This document shows positions 59,906 to 64,000 of a stretch of 64,000 nt of DNA, in pieces; position 1 is the first letter of the stretch, and each line of letters starts with the position of its first letter. The notes beneath the pieces are model-generated. The model saw nothing but the letters and a program-made list of their open reading frames with translations. It did not search any database and was not told where the DNA came from. The position numbers and the translations under genes are program-made. This DNA is from Antedon mediterranea (lineage: Eukaryota; Animalia; Echinodermata): positions 26,275,175 through 26,339,174 of the forward strand of contig NC_092677.1 of NCBI RefSeq assembly GCF_964355755.1, read 5' to 3'.

Positions 59906-62900
59906 TTGTCAATATCCTTATATTCACACAACGGTAGAGCAGTTAGCACTTCAGTTTCAACTGATGAAAGAATCTGGGTAATCAAACTGTTTGTGCTTTG
60001 AATAATCGATTGCACTGCAACCTAGAGAAAATAATATTGATTTAATATTTTTTATATTCAAGTTTTAATATGTTTAAAAACTAAGTTGTACTTTAGTTGG
60101 GGAGCTATGCAGCCTAACAAAAAAATGTTATTTGTAACAATGAAATTGGTCACAAAAAAATGCAACATAAACTTAGAGTGTATAATGCCTAGGCCTAGTA
60201 CCCAAGTCCTATAGTTACTATAGCTAATAGTCCTGTATAATAACAGTACCAGCAAGGCATAGGAAATAGACGTATTTCTCTAATAAAAAATAGTTTAAAA
60301 TGCATAATTGTTGTAATTTTAAAGCAAAATGGCTTACCTGTGGAATCTTGTTTCTCTCCTTTAATTTTAGTAGAAAGAAATCAGCATTTTTTATACTATT
60401 ATCTGCTTGTTCATCCTCTAGTTAGTAGGCCTTCTTGCTGAGCATCAACAAGATAATTAATATTAAACAATCATTAACAGTATAACAATACTAGAATTAT
60501 CACTACTACTATCGTCAGTTGATAAATCATCCCCGTTATAATAGTTTTTTTCTTCATTAACTTCGTCAGTCTCCTAGTCTAGGCCTAGTTCTACTTCATC
60601 CTCAATTGGCATCCTCGTTTTCTCCAGGCATACTTATATACTGATATTTCCATCGTCAACTGCAGGAGGTTGCCGATTGTTATACTCGTCCTTAAAATGG
60701 CGTCTTATGACATGCTTGTAAAACGAATTGTAAATTCCAAAGCTTGCCGGGCAGCGAACCACCAATTCCACATGTTACTCGAAAATTCGGAGTATTTCCA
60801 TGAATTGAATTATAATGCCTTAGCAAATAGGGTAGCAAATACTGTACCTACTTCAGTTTACTGGCACCAACTTATCGCTTTTTTCTGACTGCAACAAACA
60901 TGTGTCATTATTATTGTCTGTCGTATTACTGTTGGTCCAGACGTTTTATAGATTTGCTTTAACCACCATGGAGGTTTATACCTCCATGCTTTAACGTTGA
61001 GCAGTATAATGACCTTATACATTCTGGGTAAAAGGCCAGCGATAAATTTTTGGTTATAGTTGAAAAACAACACTGTGTGTGGTCGATGACCTAGCTCCCG
61101 GCGGGATCATGGCCAACGGTTTTTTAAAGTAATCATTCAAAAATCTAGAGTTTGTAAGTAAAAGACACCTTTCATCGCAATTTATATATTAAATGCTTCA
61201 ATAGGCCTAGTAAGATTAGTCTAATATAATGTCGAAGGAAGACGCTTTGTTGAAGATCCGAGAAATAGATGAAGAAGTGGCCAACATTTTAACAGGTTCG
61301 TAGGCCTAATAATTATATTTTAATCTGCCAGCAGTCTAGGGCTAGGCTCCTTCCTAGTTAGTAATACTGTAGGCCTGGAACTAGTAGGTCTAGGCTAGCC
61401 TACTATGCCTTTTCTGACGGACAGGTGTATAGGTTTAGCTTAGCATTTTAGTTCAGACATTGACAGAGGGGACAAATATTAACACCAGTCCTCCATCTGG
61501 TAAGTACAGTGTATGTTTTTGTACTTTTATCTATTCATAAATAGTTTTATAATGGACCAATGGTAGTGAGGAAAATACGTGTAAATATTGTGTACGTATT
61601 TTTAACAGCTTGGTTCGACTCAAGCTAGTGTCATGCACTCCTCCCTTTGACAACTAAAATTAAATAAATGACTTATGAATATTAATTTTTGACATATTAA
61701 TGCTCTCCTGGCCAGCCCACCCTTTCTCCTTCCTTTTACATTGACCACCTACAAAACTGTAGGCTACATTATTAAAAATTTGAGCTACAGTATATCAAGT
61801 TTATGTCCATACATTATTCCACTCATTTAAATAAATTTATATAATATAATGTTTTCAATTTGTTATTTTTGGTTAGGTTCAAAGATAACCCATATGTTGT
61901 CAAATCTGTCAAACATATTTGTTGGGAAAAACTCATCAAAAAAAGTCTGCCGACCTTGAAGGTATTTTTAGTGTTTTTTTAAATTTAAAATACAAGTAAC
62001 ATTATGTACATTAAAAAAAAATATCTTAAAGTGTTTTTTTTAAATCAAATTTATCTTAGCTTAAAATTCGAGGTATATACTATGTTTACAATAATTTATT
62101 AAAATCAAACAATTAAACAAAATTTACATTTAATTGTATGATTGTTATTATAAACATTGATACGGAATAAAAACATCAATCAGGATTGAACACCGTTTTG
62201 CGTATTGTCTTCCTAAATAGTAATATTAAAAATAAATTTAGACCCTAATAATTTAACTAAAAATAATAGATACAGCCAGGCCTGTCTTTGGGATCGGTAT
62301 AAACAGGGCAAAGTTTGTGATTAAAAAGTTCAAATGCATATTCCACCCACCCTTATGTCTTATAATGTAAAATTATTCTTACCACCGTTCTAATATTGCG
62401 TCATGTTTTTGTGTTTACCGCCCCAGATATAGGACTCTAAAACCACACCGTACCCAATTAGTTGATGATGTTACACATATTTAAAATACAGTAATAACTA
62501 AAACTATATTAATCTCTTTTCATTTTTAGGAACATGAATAAAGATCCAGAATCCTGGTCTTCACGCCGATCAGGTAATATGCCGGTATTGCTTTTGGACA
62601 CAGAAATGGCCTACATTAAAGTTTAGCAAACAATTCTAACTACAAAGAAAGCAAAATTAGATGAGGCTCTAGTTACTCTCCTCTCCACTTTTTACCTTCT
62701 GGATTTCGATTATCCAAAATGAAAAGAAGTACTGTAGGCCTTACTATCCTTTAACAGTTAGTGATTTGTGATGAAAACACACCTGTACACTTGACAAAGG
62801 CTGTTGAATCATCATTAGTATACATTAATAAATTTAAAGACACCTAATAGTTTAAAGCCCAGGTGCGGGAGAAGAATTTTACGAAATTTGTATTTTACCA

Positions 62901-63059
62901 TTTTAATGTTTTTAAGTTTTCTTTTGATGGCATTTTATTATTAATAAAAACAAGTTTGTTTTAAAGAAGTTGTATATATTATTGTACCTAATGTCATGTA
63001 AATTGTAGTTCTTAATGAAAATAACAGTATTGTTAATATTATGTTTTATAACATTCTTG

Positions 63060-64000
63060 AATTTATTTGTTTAAGTAAAATATTACTTAAAATGAGTATT
63101 CATTTATCGTTCTTAAAATAAATTTTTAATGATTTATATTTTATAGAATTCTTGTTTCAAGCAATTTTTTTCCCAATATAAGTAAGAATTTACGAATTTT
63201 AATTTGATAGAATTCTTGTTTCAAGCAATACTTTTCTTAAAATAAGTAAACATTTACTGGTTTTTATTTGATAGACTTCTTGTTTACTTATTTTAAAAAA
63301 AGTTTTGCTTGAAACAAGAATTCTACAAATAAAAATCGGAATAATATTACTTATTTTAAGAAATATATTGCTTGAAACAAGAAAACTAAAAATATAAATC
63401 GGAATATTCTTACTTATTTTAAGAAAAATATTGCTTAAAACAAGAATTCTAAAAAATACAAACCGGAATATTCTTACTTATTTTAAGAAAAATATTGCTT
63501 GAAACAAGAATTCTACAAATAAAAATCGGAATATTCTTACTTATTTTAAGAAATATATTGCTTGAAACAAGAATTCAAAAAATACAAATCGGAATATTCT
63601 TACTTATTTTAAGAAAAATATTGCTTGAAACAAGAATTCAAAAAATACAAATCGGAATATTCTTACTTATTTTAAGAAAAATATTGCTTGAAACAAGAAT
63701 TCAAAAAATACAAATCGGAATATTCTTACTTATTTTAAGAAATATATTGCTTGAAACAAGAATATTAAAATTAAAAATCGGAATATTCTTACTTATTTTA
63801 AGAAAAATATTGCTTAAAACAAGAATTCTAAAAAATACAAATCGGAATATTCTTACTTATTTTAAGAAAAATATTGCTTGAAACAAGAATTCTACAAATA
63901 AAAATCGGAATATTCTTACTTATTTTAAGAAATATTTTGCTTGAAACAAGAATTCAAAAAATACAAATCGGAATATTCTTACTTATTTTAAGAAAAAAAT
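63060..64000. repeat. 63-bp tandem satellite with an orientation switch near 63285
   Basis: attgcttgaaacaagaattcaaaaaatacaaatcggaatattcttacttattttaagaaaaat about 11 times from 63304; reverse-complement units (gaattcttgtttcaagcaat) at 63147 and 63210. Confidence 0.92.

Larger units (their letters stand above)
58251..64000. mobile_element. Large putative DNA transposon (EnSpm/CACTA- or foldback-like) with tandem-repeat arms; right end outside the window
   Basis: Starts TA|CACAGCAAAA, followed by arrays sharing the core TTTT(A)CTTAAAATAAG. The array at the window end carries the same core in reverse orientation. The interior has exon-like fragments with splice sites. Confidence 0.5.

Noticed and set aside
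59064-63881. Repeat-protein ORFs (34-aa and 21-aa periodic)
   Set aside because: Translations of 102-bp and 63-bp satellites whose periods are multiples of three; no coding signal.

Overview
AT-rich eukaryotic (metazoan, probably invertebrate deuterostome such as an echinoderm; taxon is inferred) genomic window with GT-AG introns; all recognisable genes are on the minus strand. From left to right: (1) 1-4485 composite satellite and nested duplications; (2) a 3-coding-exon PAR6 polarity gene (9014-19933) whose 9.5 kb intron holds MITEs, a TA-flanked DNA transposon, a FLYWCH/MULE remnant and a Penelope-type minimal hammerhead ribozyme motif; (3) a 20-exon NPC1L1-type sterol transporter (22346-32633, 1362 aa by manual splicing); (4) a tandem cluster of about 17 kb of TRIM-NHL-derived genes lacking B-box and coiled-coil (34740-52006): two intact RING-filamin-NHL genes with a His-variant RING, one filamin-NHL copy with a decayed RING, one RING copy with the NHL mostly deleted, two NHL fragments, and a chimeric 5-exon SAM-linker-NHL gene not visible as a single ORF; (5) an unrecognised 277-aa gene ending in a CaaX box (52678-54264); (6) a large element with satellite-like arms from 58251 to the window end. 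Exon boundaries were read by hand from splice signals and reading-frame continuity; no database search was possible.
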